Shown: piece by piece, positions 9,172 to 16,845 of the stretch
How the letters are laid out: each line of letters opens with the position of its first letter
Position numbering within the stretch: the stretch's first letter is position 1
Assembly (NCBI GenBank): GCA_965648935.1
Contig: CBFGIY010000034.1
Span: forward strand, 1 to 25,004
Reading direction: 5' to 3'
Length of the DNA: 25,004 nt
DNA from: a candidate division WOR-3 bacterium
Lineage (GTDB): Bacteria > Hydrothermota > Tepidihabitantia > Tepidihabitantales > Tepidihabitantaceae
Notes under the pieces: generated by a model
The model's database searches: none
What the model was told of the DNA's origin: nothing
The model's input: only the letters and a program-made list of their open reading frames with translations
Position numbers and translations under genes: made by a program

Positions 9172-10907
9172 ACGCGCTCATCCTGCCGCTGGTCCTCTCC
9201 CTCCTCGGCGCCGGCAACACCGGCACCGCGGTCCTGCCCCTGCTCAAGATCGGCCAGGGCCCGCGTCCGGCCGCGATGGGCGAGTCGTTCATCGGGCTCG
9301 CCGACGACGCGGGCGCGGTCTACTGGAACCCGGCCGGCCTGGCCCGGCTCGACCGCTGGCAGCTCGGCTTCTCTCACCACCAGTGGTTCGTCGACATCAA
9401 GGACGAAGTGCTGCACGCCGCGCTGCCGGTCGGACCCGGCGCCCTGGGCCTCGGCGTGGTCTACGCCGGCGAGCCCGACGTCGAGTACTGGGACGAAGCG
9501 CTCGGCGGTTTTAACACCGCCACGACCTGGAGCGCGGTTGTCACCGCCGGCTACGGACTGCGCCTCGGCAACAACTACTCGGTCGGCCTCACCGCCAAGG
9601 GCCTGTACGAAGACCTGCTCGATCAGAGGGGCTGGGGCGGCGGCTTCGACCTCGGCGCGCTGGCCCGGCCTCTGCCCGGGCTGGGCATCGGACTCACCGC
9701 CCGCCACATCGGCGCGGCCGCATTCACCGGCGGCGGCGAGAAGCTGCCGGGCGAGATCGCGGCCGGACTGTCCTGGGACGCGACCGTGCTGCGCGCCACG
9801 CTCGACGCGGTCTACCCGCTGTTTGACAACAACCCGAACTTCCGCGCCGGGGTCGAGTTCCTGCCCGTACCGATGCTGGCCATCAGGGCCGGCTACCGCT
9901 CCGGCCCGGTTGACCTGAAGACGCTCGGCCCGCTGGCCGGCATCACCGCCGGGCTCGGGGTCAACGTTGCCGGCATCGGCGTCGACTACGCCTTCATGCC
10001 CTACGGCGAACTGGGCGCGACCCACCGCATCGGCATCCGCACCGTGCCCGCCGGGCTGGGCGACCTTGTGGTCACGGTCATCGACGCCCGCACGCGCGAG
10101 CGCCTGACCGCCTACATCACGGCATCGGGTGTCGCCGACGTCAGCGCTCACCTCGACCAGCTCAGCCTCTATGGCCTGCGCCCGGGCGCAGTTCTGGTCC
10201 GGGCCACGCGCGAAGGCTATGCGCCGGGCGAGCTGCGCACCCGTGTCGTGGCCGGCCGCACCACCTACGACACTATCCCGCTCGAACCGACAGCGGCCCG
10301 GCTGGTCGGCGGCATCTACGATGCCCGCACGAGGCTGCCCATCGGCGGCTCGCTCGCCTGGCGCGGCCCGGTCTCCGGCCGCATCCCGGTCGCCTCGATG
10401 CCGGGCACCTTCGCCATCGACAACATCACCGCCGGCACCTATGTCCTCGACGCGGCCGGGCCTTCGGCCGATTACCTGCCCCAGACCTGCACGCTTGAGG
10501 TGCCCGCGGGCCGCACGACAGAGCGCGACTTCTACCTCTGGCGCCGCGGCGAGTACCTGATTCTCGAAGGCGTCAACTTTGAGACCGGCAAGGCCGACAT
10601 CCTGCCCCAGTTCCATCCCATCCTTGACCGCGCCGGCGAAATCCTGCGCCAGACCCCGGACATCCGCCGCGTCGAGCTGGCCGGCCACACCGACCCGCGC
10701 GACATCAACACCCGCGAGTTCCCGTCCAACTGGGAGCTCTCCGAAGCGCGCGCGAAGGCGGTGCGCAAGTACCTCATCGAGAAGTGGGGCATCGCGCCGG
10801 AACGGCTGACCGCGCGCGGCTACGCCGACACCCAGCCGATAACGACCAACGCAACCTTCGAGGGAATGGCCCGCAACCGCCGCACCGAGATGCGGATCCT
10901 TGAGTAG
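9168..10907 (+). CDS. PorV/PorQ (FadL-like) family outer-membrane beta-barrel fused to two carboxypeptidase-regulatory-like domains and a C-terminal OmpA-like peptidoglycan-binding domain
   Basis: GTGA overlap with the upstream stop. PorV-family N-terminal motif LKIGQGPRPAAMGESFIGLADDAGAVYWNPAGL; barrel end DYAFMPYGELGATHRIGI; OmpA motifs VNFETGKADI, ELAGHTD, NWELSEARAKAV, GYADTQP and RNRRTE. Confidence 0.9.
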   Translation: MNALILPLVLSLLGAGNTGTAVLPLLKIGQGPRPAAMGESFIGLADDAGAVYWNPAGLARLDRWQLGFSHHQWFVDIKDEVLHAALPVGPGALGLGVVYAGEPDVEYWDEALGGFNTATTWSAVVTAGYGLRLGNNYSVGLTAKGLYEDLLDQRGWGGGFDLGALARPLPGLGIGLTARHIGAAAFTGGGEKLPGEIAAGLSWDATVLRATLDAVYPLFDNNPNFRAGVEFLPVPMLAIRAGYRSGPVDLKTLGPLAGITAGLGVNVAGIGVDYAFMPYGELGATHRIGIRTVPAGLGDLVVTVIDARTRERLTAYITASGVADVSAHLDQLSLYGLRPGAVLVRATREGYAPGELRTRVVAGRTTYDTIPLEPTAARLVGGIYDARTRLPIGGSLAWRGPVSGRIPVASMPGTFAIDNITAGTYVLDAAGPSADYLPQTCTLEVPAGRTTERDFYLWRRGEYLILEGVNFETGKADILPQFHPILDRAGEILRQTPDIRRVELAGHTDPRDINTREFPSNWELSEARAKAVRKYLIEKWGIAPERLTARGYADTQPITTNATFEGMARNRRTEMRILE

Positions 10908-10940
10908 CCGGCGATGAATCGAGTCAACACTGGAGGCAAA

Positions 10941-11426
10941 ATGAAGCACCGACGCATTGCCCTCGCGCTTCTGGCCCTGACCCTGCTCGGCGTGGTCCGG
11001 GCCGAGAGCGACTCCGGCATCAACTTCATCAACATGTTCATCCGGCTCGACGACCAGCGCGCCTACGGCCTGCACAAGCTCAACACGGCTGAGCGCGCCA
11101 GGCTCAACGAGGTCTTCGGCCGCATCGTCGCCGAGAAGAACGACCACCTGCGCAACAGCGCTCTGGCCTACCTGAAGGAGCAGGGCTGGGACGCGCTCGA
11201 GGTCACCGGCACCGACAAGCTCGCGCTCGACGGCGAGCCGCGGACCTACCTCACCGCCCGCTGGCGCGACGCGCGCCTTGTCCTCGAACCGGTTGACGTA
11301 TCAACGCTGATGCCGGGCACGTACCTCGGCCGGGTCGACTCGACCGTCTGCCGCATCCTCAGTCCCCAGGGCAAGCCGGTCGAGTTCTTCATCCGCCGCA
11401 CCGGCCTGCCCGGCACGGGCAACTGA
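10941..11426 (+). CDS. Hypothetical exported protein
   Basis: GGAGG RBS before ATG at 10941; signal peptide MKHRRIALALLALTLLGVVRA; codon usage like neighbouring genes. Confidence 0.75.
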   Translation: MKHRRIALALLALTLLGVVRAESDSGINFINMFIRLDDQRAYGLHKLNTAERARLNEVFGRIVAEKNDHLRNSALAYLKEQGWDALEVTGTDKLALDGEPRTYLTARWRDARLVLEPVDVSTLMPGTYLGRVDSTVCRILSPQGKPVEFFIRRTGLPGTGN

Positions 11427-11446
11427 ACCAGCAGAGAAGTCCGACT

Positions 11447-11477
11447 CGCGGCCCGGCGGCACTGCTGCCGGGCCGCG
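11447..11477 (+). terminator. GC-rich hairpin after the repeat-protein/barrel operon (possible terminator)
   Basis: CGCGGCCCGGC (11447-11457) pairs with GCCGGGCCGCG (11467-11477); no clear U-tract. Confidence 0.45.
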
Positions 11478-11490
11478 CCCTGTCGCGCCA

Positions 11491-11519
11491 TTGACACCGG
11501 CCCGGCCGCGGCCTACCAT
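11491..11519 (+). promoter_or_regulatory. Sigma70-type promoter
   Basis: TTGACA (11491-11496), 17-nt spacer, TACCAT (11514-11519), upstream of the ATG at 11551. Confidence 0.65.
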
Positions 11520-11550
11520 TGTCCCGACGGGCCAAGGAAAGGAACTGCCG

Positions 11551-12504
11551 ATGCGACTTAAGAACCTCAGCCAGCCGCCGTACCAGACAACCCTGCTCGG
11601 CGTGGTCAAGGGTGCGCTCGACTACCACGGCATCAGGCTCACCGACGCGGCCGCATTCGGCGGCTCGGGCCACGCGTTTCTCATCAACGTCCACGAGGAA
11701 GTCTGCCCCAGCGGCCCGTACTGCTGGAAGCACGATGAGTTCTGGCCTCTGGTGCGCAACCTCGGCCTCGATGTCGAGGACCTTGGTTTCTTCACCGCCG
11801 ACTCGTCGCCGGCTGAACGCGCCGCGGTCGAATCGAAACTGCTCGCCGCGCTCGACGCCGGCCTGCCCTGCGCAGTGCAGAATATGGAGAACCAGCTCAT
11901 CGCCGGCCACGAGGACGGGGGGTTCCTTCTGCTCCGGCCCTGGGAATGCGCCCCCGAGGTCACGCCCGCGGCACTCTCATTCGGCACCTGGGCCGAGTTC
12001 GGAAACGAGGTCCACGCCAGCTTCTTCATCCTGCGCAAGACTGCCCCGGCCCCGGCCGACAAGACTCTGCGCGACAGCCTGCGCTGGGCCTGCGACTTGT
12101 TCTTCAAACCGGAGAACTACGGCTTTGAACGCTACGGCGTCGGCCCGCGCGCCTACGACAACTGGGCGCGCGCCGTCGAGAAAGGGCTGGGCGGCTCGCA
12201 CGGCAACTGGTGGAACGCCGAGGTCTGGTCGGAAAGCCGCGCGATGGCGTCGGCCTGGTTCCACGCGCTGGCCGAAACCGAACGCCCGACCCGGGCCGAG
12301 CTCGCGCGCCTGCTCTCGGGCGACTACGCCGACATCGCCGAACTGCTGAAGAGCATCGGCGACAAGACGATGCCGGTGCCGGAGAAGGTCGCCACCATCG
12401 CCGAGCTCAAGGCGCGCGAACTGCGCGCGGTCGGCCACATTCAGACCTACCTCGCCGTGATGACCGCAGGCCCCGGGGCCAGCCGCGAAACAGACAACGA
12501 CTGA
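11551..12504 (+). CDS. Hypothetical cytoplasmic protein (possibly BtrH-N/papain-like fold)
   Basis: AAGGA RBS before ATG at 11551 (MRLKNLSQPPYQTT...); 317-aa ORF with typical codon bias; motif GGSGHAFLINVHEEVCPSGPYCW. Fold assignment is tentative. Confidence 0.7.
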   Translation: MRLKNLSQPPYQTTLLGVVKGALDYHGIRLTDAAAFGGSGHAFLINVHEEVCPSGPYCWKHDEFWPLVRNLGLDVEDLGFFTADSSPAERAAVESKLLAALDAGLPCAVQNMENQLIAGHEDGGFLLLRPWECAPEVTPAALSFGTWAEFGNEVHASFFILRKTAPAPADKTLRDSLRWACDLFFKPENYGFERYGVGPRAYDNWARAVEKGLGGSHGNWWNAEVWSESRAMASAWFHALAETERPTRAELARLLSGDYADIAELLKSIGDKTMPVPEKVATIAELKARELRAVGHIQTYLAVMTAGPGASRETDND

Positions 12505-12528
12505 ACCGGTCCGGAACAGGGAGGAATC

Positions 12529-13284
12529 GTGACCTCAAGGAAACTGCCCGCGCTTGCCCTCAGCCTGCTCCTGCTCGCCTGCAGCCGCAACGCCACGCTC
12601 ACCGGCGCGGTGATGGACGGCGCGGCCGAAACGCCTTTGGCCGGAGTGCCCGTGCATGCCGTCCGCGCTGAACCTGAACTCACCATCAAGGCCAATGCCC
12701 GGCGCGACGGTTCGTTCCGCGTCGGCCTGCCGGCCGGTGACTGGGTCGTCACGGTCAACCCGGCCGGCGGCAGAAACCACAACCCGGGCTACCTGCCGTT
12801 CTCCGCGCCGCTGACCGTGGCCGCAAAGGAACAGCGCGCCATTGACACTGCCTGGCTCGCGCCGCTGCCGCCCGATTCTCTGGCCGGCGCCGGCTACCTG
12901 CTCGACCGCGGCAAGGGCTACGTCACACTGCCGCGCGTCGACGTCCGGCTTTTCGTCACAGGCGAGCTGGTCCTCTACCAGAAAGACCCGCTGTTCTATG
13001 CCGCGGCCCGGCCCGTCGCGCTGGTCACATACGGCCCTGCCCCGGTGCGCCTGCTCGGCGCCCGGCCCGGCACTCTTGTTTCTGAAGGGATGGCGCGCTA
13101 CTGGAAGTTCCCGGTCGAACCGGTAACGCGGGCGCGCGACTTTGCCGCCGGCGCGTGGCGCGTCACGGTCTGGCCCGGCGCTTTCGCCCCGGGGCGGTAC
13201 GCGGCATTCCTGCCCGGTGCCGAAACCGGCGAATACACCGAAGGCCTGGCCTGCCTCTTCGCGGTCCCTGCTCCGGGCGAGTAG
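12529..13284 (+). CDS. Lipoprotein with N-terminal carboxypeptidase-regulatory-like domain
   Basis: GGAGGA RBS and GTG start; lipobox LLAC; LTGAVMDGAAETPLAGVPV...DGSFRVGLPAGDWVVTV pattern. Confidence 0.75.
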   Translation: MTSRKLPALALSLLLLACSRNATLTGAVMDGAAETPLAGVPVHAVRAEPELTIKANARRDGSFRVGLPAGDWVVTVNPAGGRNHNPGYLPFSAPLTVAAKEQRAIDTAWLAPLPPDSLAGAGYLLDRGKGYVTLPRVDVRLFVTGELVLYQKDPLFYAAARPVALVTYGPAPVRLLGARPGTLVSEGMARYWKFPVEPVTRARDFAAGAWRVTVWPGAFAPGRYAAFLPGAETGEYTEGLACLFAVPAPGE

Positions 13285-13311
13285 CGCCCCCTGGCGACTC
13301 CTCACGAGAGC

Positions 13312-13340
13312 GAGCCGCCCGGCAACAAGCCGGGCGGCTC
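13312..13340. terminator. Perfect 12-bp hairpin between convergent genes (probable bidirectional terminator)
   Basis: GAGCCGCCCGGC-AACAA-GCCGGGCGGCTC, lying between the stop at 13284 (+) and the stop at 13359 (-). Confidence 0.6.
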
Positions 13341-13358
13341 TGCAGCAAACCTGTCTCG

Positions 13359-14738
13359 CTAGCGCGTCACCACGACTTTTCGGCTGGCTCGTGCTGAACC
13401 CTGGCTGCCGCTAACCGCGTGCCGGACAAAGTAGACGCCCGGCGCCAGCCGCGCGCCGGTCACGCGAGAGCCTAGCGCGTCATACACCTGCCCGCCCTGT
13501 GCGCCGCCACCCGGGACGCCGCCGTCGGGTGGCGGCTGGGTTCGGCCGCGCGGCTCTGCGACTCCCGTGAACGCCGGCCCGGTCGAAAACACGACGGTGG
13601 GCCAGTCGGCCGCAGGCAGGCTCAGGGCCGACTGGATTGCCGCCCGTTCCGTTGTCTCAAGCGGCGCGAGGATGTGACCGCCCAGCCCGAGCGCGCGCGC
13701 CTGCACTAGAAACTGGAACGCGGCAAACCCGGCCTCGATCGGGCCGTAAGCGCCGGCCGTGTCCGCGACCGCGACCACGATGTAGAGCGGCGCGCTACCG
13801 GGCAGCCGCGGCGCGGCCGCGCGCAGGGCGGCGCGCCGGTCGCCCCGGCTCACCAACTCAAGCCGGTGGTCGCTCGTGGCCAGGCCGGTGCCCGGCGGCA
13901 CGCGGTTGTGGTAGCGCCACAGCGCCGTATCGCCGACAAGGTACATGCGCCGCGTCAGATAATAGTTGGCGATTGCCGAGGGAATCGTCGTGCCGCGCCG
14001 GTTGTTCGTGGTCATGTGCGGCGTCACGCCGTACCCGGCCCAGAGCAACTGCCCGACCACCGCGACCGGCGGGAACGCCGGGTCAAACAGCGTGTCGGAC
14101 TCAAGGCCGCCCAGCAACTCCTCGTACGAGTTGGCCCCGGCCGTCGCCGGCAAAGGCAGGCTCGAATCAGACGAGCGGGCCACGCAGGAGTCGGTCAGCC
14201 CGGTCAAGGCAGCGCGGCCGTGCACGTTCACCATCTTGATAGTGTGCGCCGGGTTCCAGTTGCTGTTCGCGTAGTTGGTGGCGTAGGTCATCGGGCAGGA
14301 ACTCACGCTGCCGCCCGTAGAATCCCAGAACGCGACCGAGGCCAGCAGGCCGGCCTGGATGACCAGCCCCGCCTCCTCGTACCGCTCCACCGCGACGCCG
14401 ACCTCAAATGCCGAGCTCGAGCTGTAACGGTGATTACCCGCAAGGTGCACCCGCAGAACGTGCGCGGCGGTGTCGTAGGTGTACACGTTGCTCTGGGTCG
14501 CGACGTAGAACTCGCGGTACGCGCTGCCCAGCGACGGCGCGCGGTTCATCGCCCAGAGGATGTTGGCCAGCACCTGCACCGGCAGGCTCGAAGTGAATCC
14601 GGAATGCGACGAGTAGCGGCTGTTCGACAGAATCTCGAACGAGTTTCGGTTGACCGCCACCGGCGGCAGGCTCTCCACCTGCCCCAGCACGGGCGCGGCC
14701 AGCGCGGCAAGAACGACCACGACCAGCAAGCTCTTCAT
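13359..14738 (-). CDS. Secreted tandem nitroreductase/SagB-ThcOx-fold protein with short T9SS-CTD-like tail
   Basis: Signal peptide MKSLLVVVVLAALAAPVLG. Two nitroreductase-like halves: SFEILSNSRYS...LANILWA...RAPS, and VGQLLWAGYG...TIPSA...GDRR...IEAGFAAFQFLVQARALGLG. Tail VYDALGSRV...LAPGVYFV...RKVVVTR. Confidence 0.8.
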   Translation of the reverse strand: MKSLLVVVVLAALAAPVLGQVESLPPVAVNRNSFEILSNSRYSSHSGFTSSLPVQVLANILWAMNRAPSLGSAYREFYVATQSNVYTYDTAAHVLRVHLAGNHRYSSSSAFEVGVAVERYEEAGLVIQAGLLASVAFWDSTGGSVSSCPMTYATNYANSNWNPAHTIKMVNVHGRAALTGLTDSCVARSSDSSLPLPATAGANSYEELLGGLESDTLFDPAFPPVAVVGQLLWAGYGVTPHMTTNNRRGTTIPSAIANYYLTRRMYLVGDTALWRYHNRVPPGTGLATSDHRLELVSRGDRRAALRAAAPRLPGSAPLYIVVAVADTAGAYGPIEAGFAAFQFLVQARALGLGGHILAPLETTERAAIQSALSLPAADWPTVVFSTGPAFTGVAEPRGRTQPPPDGGVPGGGAQGGQVYDALGSRVTGARLAPGVYFVRHAVSGSQGSARASRKVVVTR

Positions 14739-14744
14739 ACCGCC

Positions 14745-14772
14745 AGCCTACGCCGCCGTCCGAACCTGTCAA
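14745..14772 (-). promoter_or_regulatory. Sigma70-type promoter, probably leaderless transcript
   Basis: On the minus strand: TTGACA (14772-14767), 16 nt, TAGGCT (14750-14745), 6 nt, ATG at 14738; no SD sequence. Confidence 0.6.
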
Positions 14773-14801
14773 TGTCAGAAACCGGCATCAGCGAACCGGG
14801 C

Positions 14802-14829
14802 TGGATTCGCGCCCGGCCTGCGCTAAGAT
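14802..14829 (+). promoter_or_regulatory. Possible sigma70-type promoter, leaderless transcript
   Basis: TGGATT (14802-14807), 16 nt, TAAGAT (14824-14829), 6 nt, GTG at 14836. Confidence 0.45.
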
Positions 14830-14835
14830 TGGGTT

Positions 14836-15162
14836 GTGAACGACCGACTCCGCTCGCTGTTTGACGCCGACCAGCAGGACCACAGCCCCGACTCGGCCCT
14901 GCCTGACCTGGCCGGGCGCGACCGCGAGCGCCTTGAGCAGGTCCGCGAGATGTTTCGGCTCTTCGCGGTCTTCGATGCCGAAGACCTGTACCGAGCCGCG
15001 GTCATCTACTCGCGCGGCACCGGCCTGCGCGAACAGGCTACCGCGCGCCTGCTCGCCCGGCGCAGCGCAGAAGCCGGGTGCGCGCCGGCCCGCGCGCTTC
15101 TCGCCCGGCTCAACTCCGCCGTGCCAGACCCGGACGGCCGCGCCGCATCGAAGCGCCCCTGA
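14836..15162 (+). CDS. Small helical hypothetical protein (looks like a shortened member of the 'DQxDR...YGTQ' family)
   Basis: 108-aa ORF with LFDADQQDH...RDRERLEQVRE...EDLYRAAVI...RLLARRSAEAG; promoter directly upstream. Confidence 0.6.
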   Translation: MNDRLRSLFDADQQDHSPDSALPDLAGRDRERLEQVREMFRLFAVFDAEDLYRAAVIYSRGTGLREQATARLLARRSAEAGCAPARALLARLNSAVPDPDGRAASKRP

Positions 15163-15430
15163 CGGCACTACGAGCCGGCGCGGTCAGTCGAACAAGCCAA
15201 CAACCGATCCGACGCAGATACCGGCCTTGACGTGAAACCCGACAAGACGGGTGTCAGGTATAGCGCGGCATCGGCACAGACCGTCCACCGGGCGGGGGAG
15301 TCACCGGCCGGTTCGGCGCAAGACAGCGCGCAACACGCTGACCGGCCGGAGCTTGCGCGACAGTCTCACCTGAACGCCAATTTGAACCTTGGTTATAGTG
15401 ACGCAGACCTGATTCAGTCCGTCCGACTGG

Positions 15431-15458
15431 TTGACACTCATGCTATTGCCGATACTAT
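15431..15458 (+). promoter_or_regulatory. Sigma70-type promoter, probably leaderless transcript
   Basis: TTGACA (15431-15436), 16 nt, TACTAT (15453-15458), 6 nt, ATG at 15465. Confidence 0.65.
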
Positions 15459-15464
15459 CTGCCG

Positions 15465-15815
15465 ATGTGGCGAATGATGGCCCTTGCCTTGCTGGCGGCC
15501 GGTTGTCGAATGACCGGGGACGCTCCCGGCACGCACGCCTACGTCTTCAACCAGACGCCCGGCGCCATCAGGCTCGACCGGAACTCGATCGAGCCGGGCT
15601 TCAGCCACGGCATCCTTGTTCGCCACGGCATCGTCGACACGCTTGTCCTTGTTGACCGGCTGTCGGTGGCGCGTCGACTGATTGTCAGTTCGCTCGTCCC
15701 GGCCGGGGACCCGGGGCATCACGAGGCAGGCATCAACATCCACGAAAACCAGGCCGGAACGTTCTTCGTCATCGAGTACAGCCCGTACATCGACATCGAG
15801 GTCACGACCCCGTGA
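15465..15815 (+). CDS. Small lipoprotein, unknown function
   Basis: MWRMMALALLAAGC lipoprotein signal; beta-rich mature part; GTGA overlap with the next gene. Confidence 0.7.
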   Translation: MWRMMALALLAAGCRMTGDAPGTHAYVFNQTPGAIRLDRNSIEPGFSHGILVRHGIVDTLVLVDRLSVARRLIVSSLVPAGDPGHHEAGINIHENQAGTFFVIEYSPYIDIEVTTP

Positions 15816-16171
15816 GAGCCGCCCTGCCCGTGCTGCTGGCCGCGCTCTTGTCCGGCATCGGCTGCCACAGCGAGCCGCCCGACCTCGTGCCGCCATCCGC
15901 GAGTTGGGTCTGGCCGGCCGCCGGCGACACGCTGCTCGCCGGAAACAACACGCTCGTCGTGCAAGCGACCGACGACCGGGCGATGAAGTGGGTGGTATTC
16001 TTCGCCGATGCCGAGCTGCTCGGCTTTGTCGAGCCGGACAGTAACGATACCTTCCGTATCACTGTCGACCTGCCCGCCATCTCGGCCCGGCGCTACTCGC
16101 TCAGCGCTTTCGCGATGGACCGTGCCGAGAACGAGACCCGGGCGTCCATCAACATCATCGTCCGCCCTTAG
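15812..16171 (+). CDS. Lipoprotein with a single bacterial Ig-like domain
   Basis: Signal MRAALPVLLAALLSGIGC; Ig-like (Big) pattern PPS...WP..GDTL...VQATDD...VVFFAD...YSLSAFAMDRAEN. Confidence 0.75.
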   Translation: MRAALPVLLAALLSGIGCHSEPPDLVPPSASWVWPAAGDTLLAGNNTLVVQATDDRAMKWVVFFADAELLGFVEPDSNDTFRITVDLPAISARRYSLSAFAMDRAENETRASINIIVRP

Positions 16172-16239
16172 CCCTCGACTCCACGCTTCCCCGCGCCTGT
16201 TGCCCGGCTCGGTCGACCGCGGCTCAGGGCTCTGCCCCC

Positions 16240-16268
16240 TTGTCCCGCGACACCGCTTCGGGTAGAAT
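16240..16268 (+). promoter_or_regulatory. Sigma70-type promoter
   Basis: TTGTCC (16240-16245), 17 nt, TAGAAT (16263-16268). Confidence 0.45.
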
Positions 16269-16361
16269 TGTCTGTGTCCGGGTTACATCCGGCCTGCGCC
16301 CAGGCCAGTAGTCTCCGTTTCCCATTCGCACAATCGTCTTTTGCCCCCCAAGGAGGCAAGC

Positions 16362-16718
16362 ATGCCGTCATTGGATATGGCCGGCCCCTTCAAGCTTGAT
16401 GATGCCACGATCAGCCGCGTCATCACCGCCCGCACTCCTGGCAACTTCGCAATCGGCTATGTGAAAGAGAACGGCGCGTTCATCACGCGCTTTGTCGGCC
16501 GGTCCGACTCCGACGTCGCGGCCGAGCTCCGCCGGCAGGATGCCGACGGCTCGACGAAGTTCAAATGGAGCTCGGCGCCGTCGGCCAAAGCCGCGTTCGA
16601 CAAGCAGTGCCGCAACTTCCACGACTTTGGCGGCTACGACGCTCTGGAGAACGAAAACCACCCTGAACCGCCGCACGGCACGAACTGGAAGTGCCCGTTC
16701 TGCGAGGACCTCGGCTAG
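16362..16718 (+). CDS. Small GIY-YIG-like protein with C-terminal C/H/CxxC metal-binding residues, probably nuclease-dead
   Basis: AGGAGG RBS before ATG at 16362; motifs PGNFAIG, RFVGRSD, AFDKQCRNFHDFGG, NENHP and WKCPFC. Confidence 0.7.
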   Translation: MPSLDMAGPFKLDDATISRVITARTPGNFAIGYVKENGAFITRFVGRSDSDVAAELRRQDADGSTKFKWSSAPSAKAAFDKQCRNFHDFGGYDALENENHPEPPHGTNWKCPFCEDLG

Positions 16719-16746
16719 GCTGACGCGCCCGGTTCCCGCACGCTCC

Positions 16747-16765
16747 GGCAGCCGGCCGGGCTGCC
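16747..16765 (+). terminator. Short GC hairpin downstream of the GIY-YIG-like gene, abutting the next -35 box
   Basis: GGCAGCC-GGCCG-GGCTGCC followed by TT. Confidence 0.35.
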
Positions 16766-16793
16766 TTGACCCGGCCGGGCCGCGCTCTATAAT
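16766..16793 (+). promoter_or_regulatory. Sigma70-type promoter of the dehydrogenase-HD-hydro-lyase operon
   Basis: TTGACC (16766-16771), 16 nt, TATAAT (16788-16793). Confidence 0.7.
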
Positions 16794-16845
16794 CGGGCGG
16801 TCCGAACACCATATCTGAAAACCCGTGGCTCTATTCGGAGGAACA

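Noticed and set aside
9057..11147. 696-aa minus-strand ORF
   Set aside because: Antisense shadow of the barrel-OmpA gene and the next gene, both of which have clear family motifs.
15232..15477. 81-aa ORF in the intergenic region
   Set aside because: No RBS, atypical composition, and it overlaps the promoter and start of the 15465 lipoprotein.
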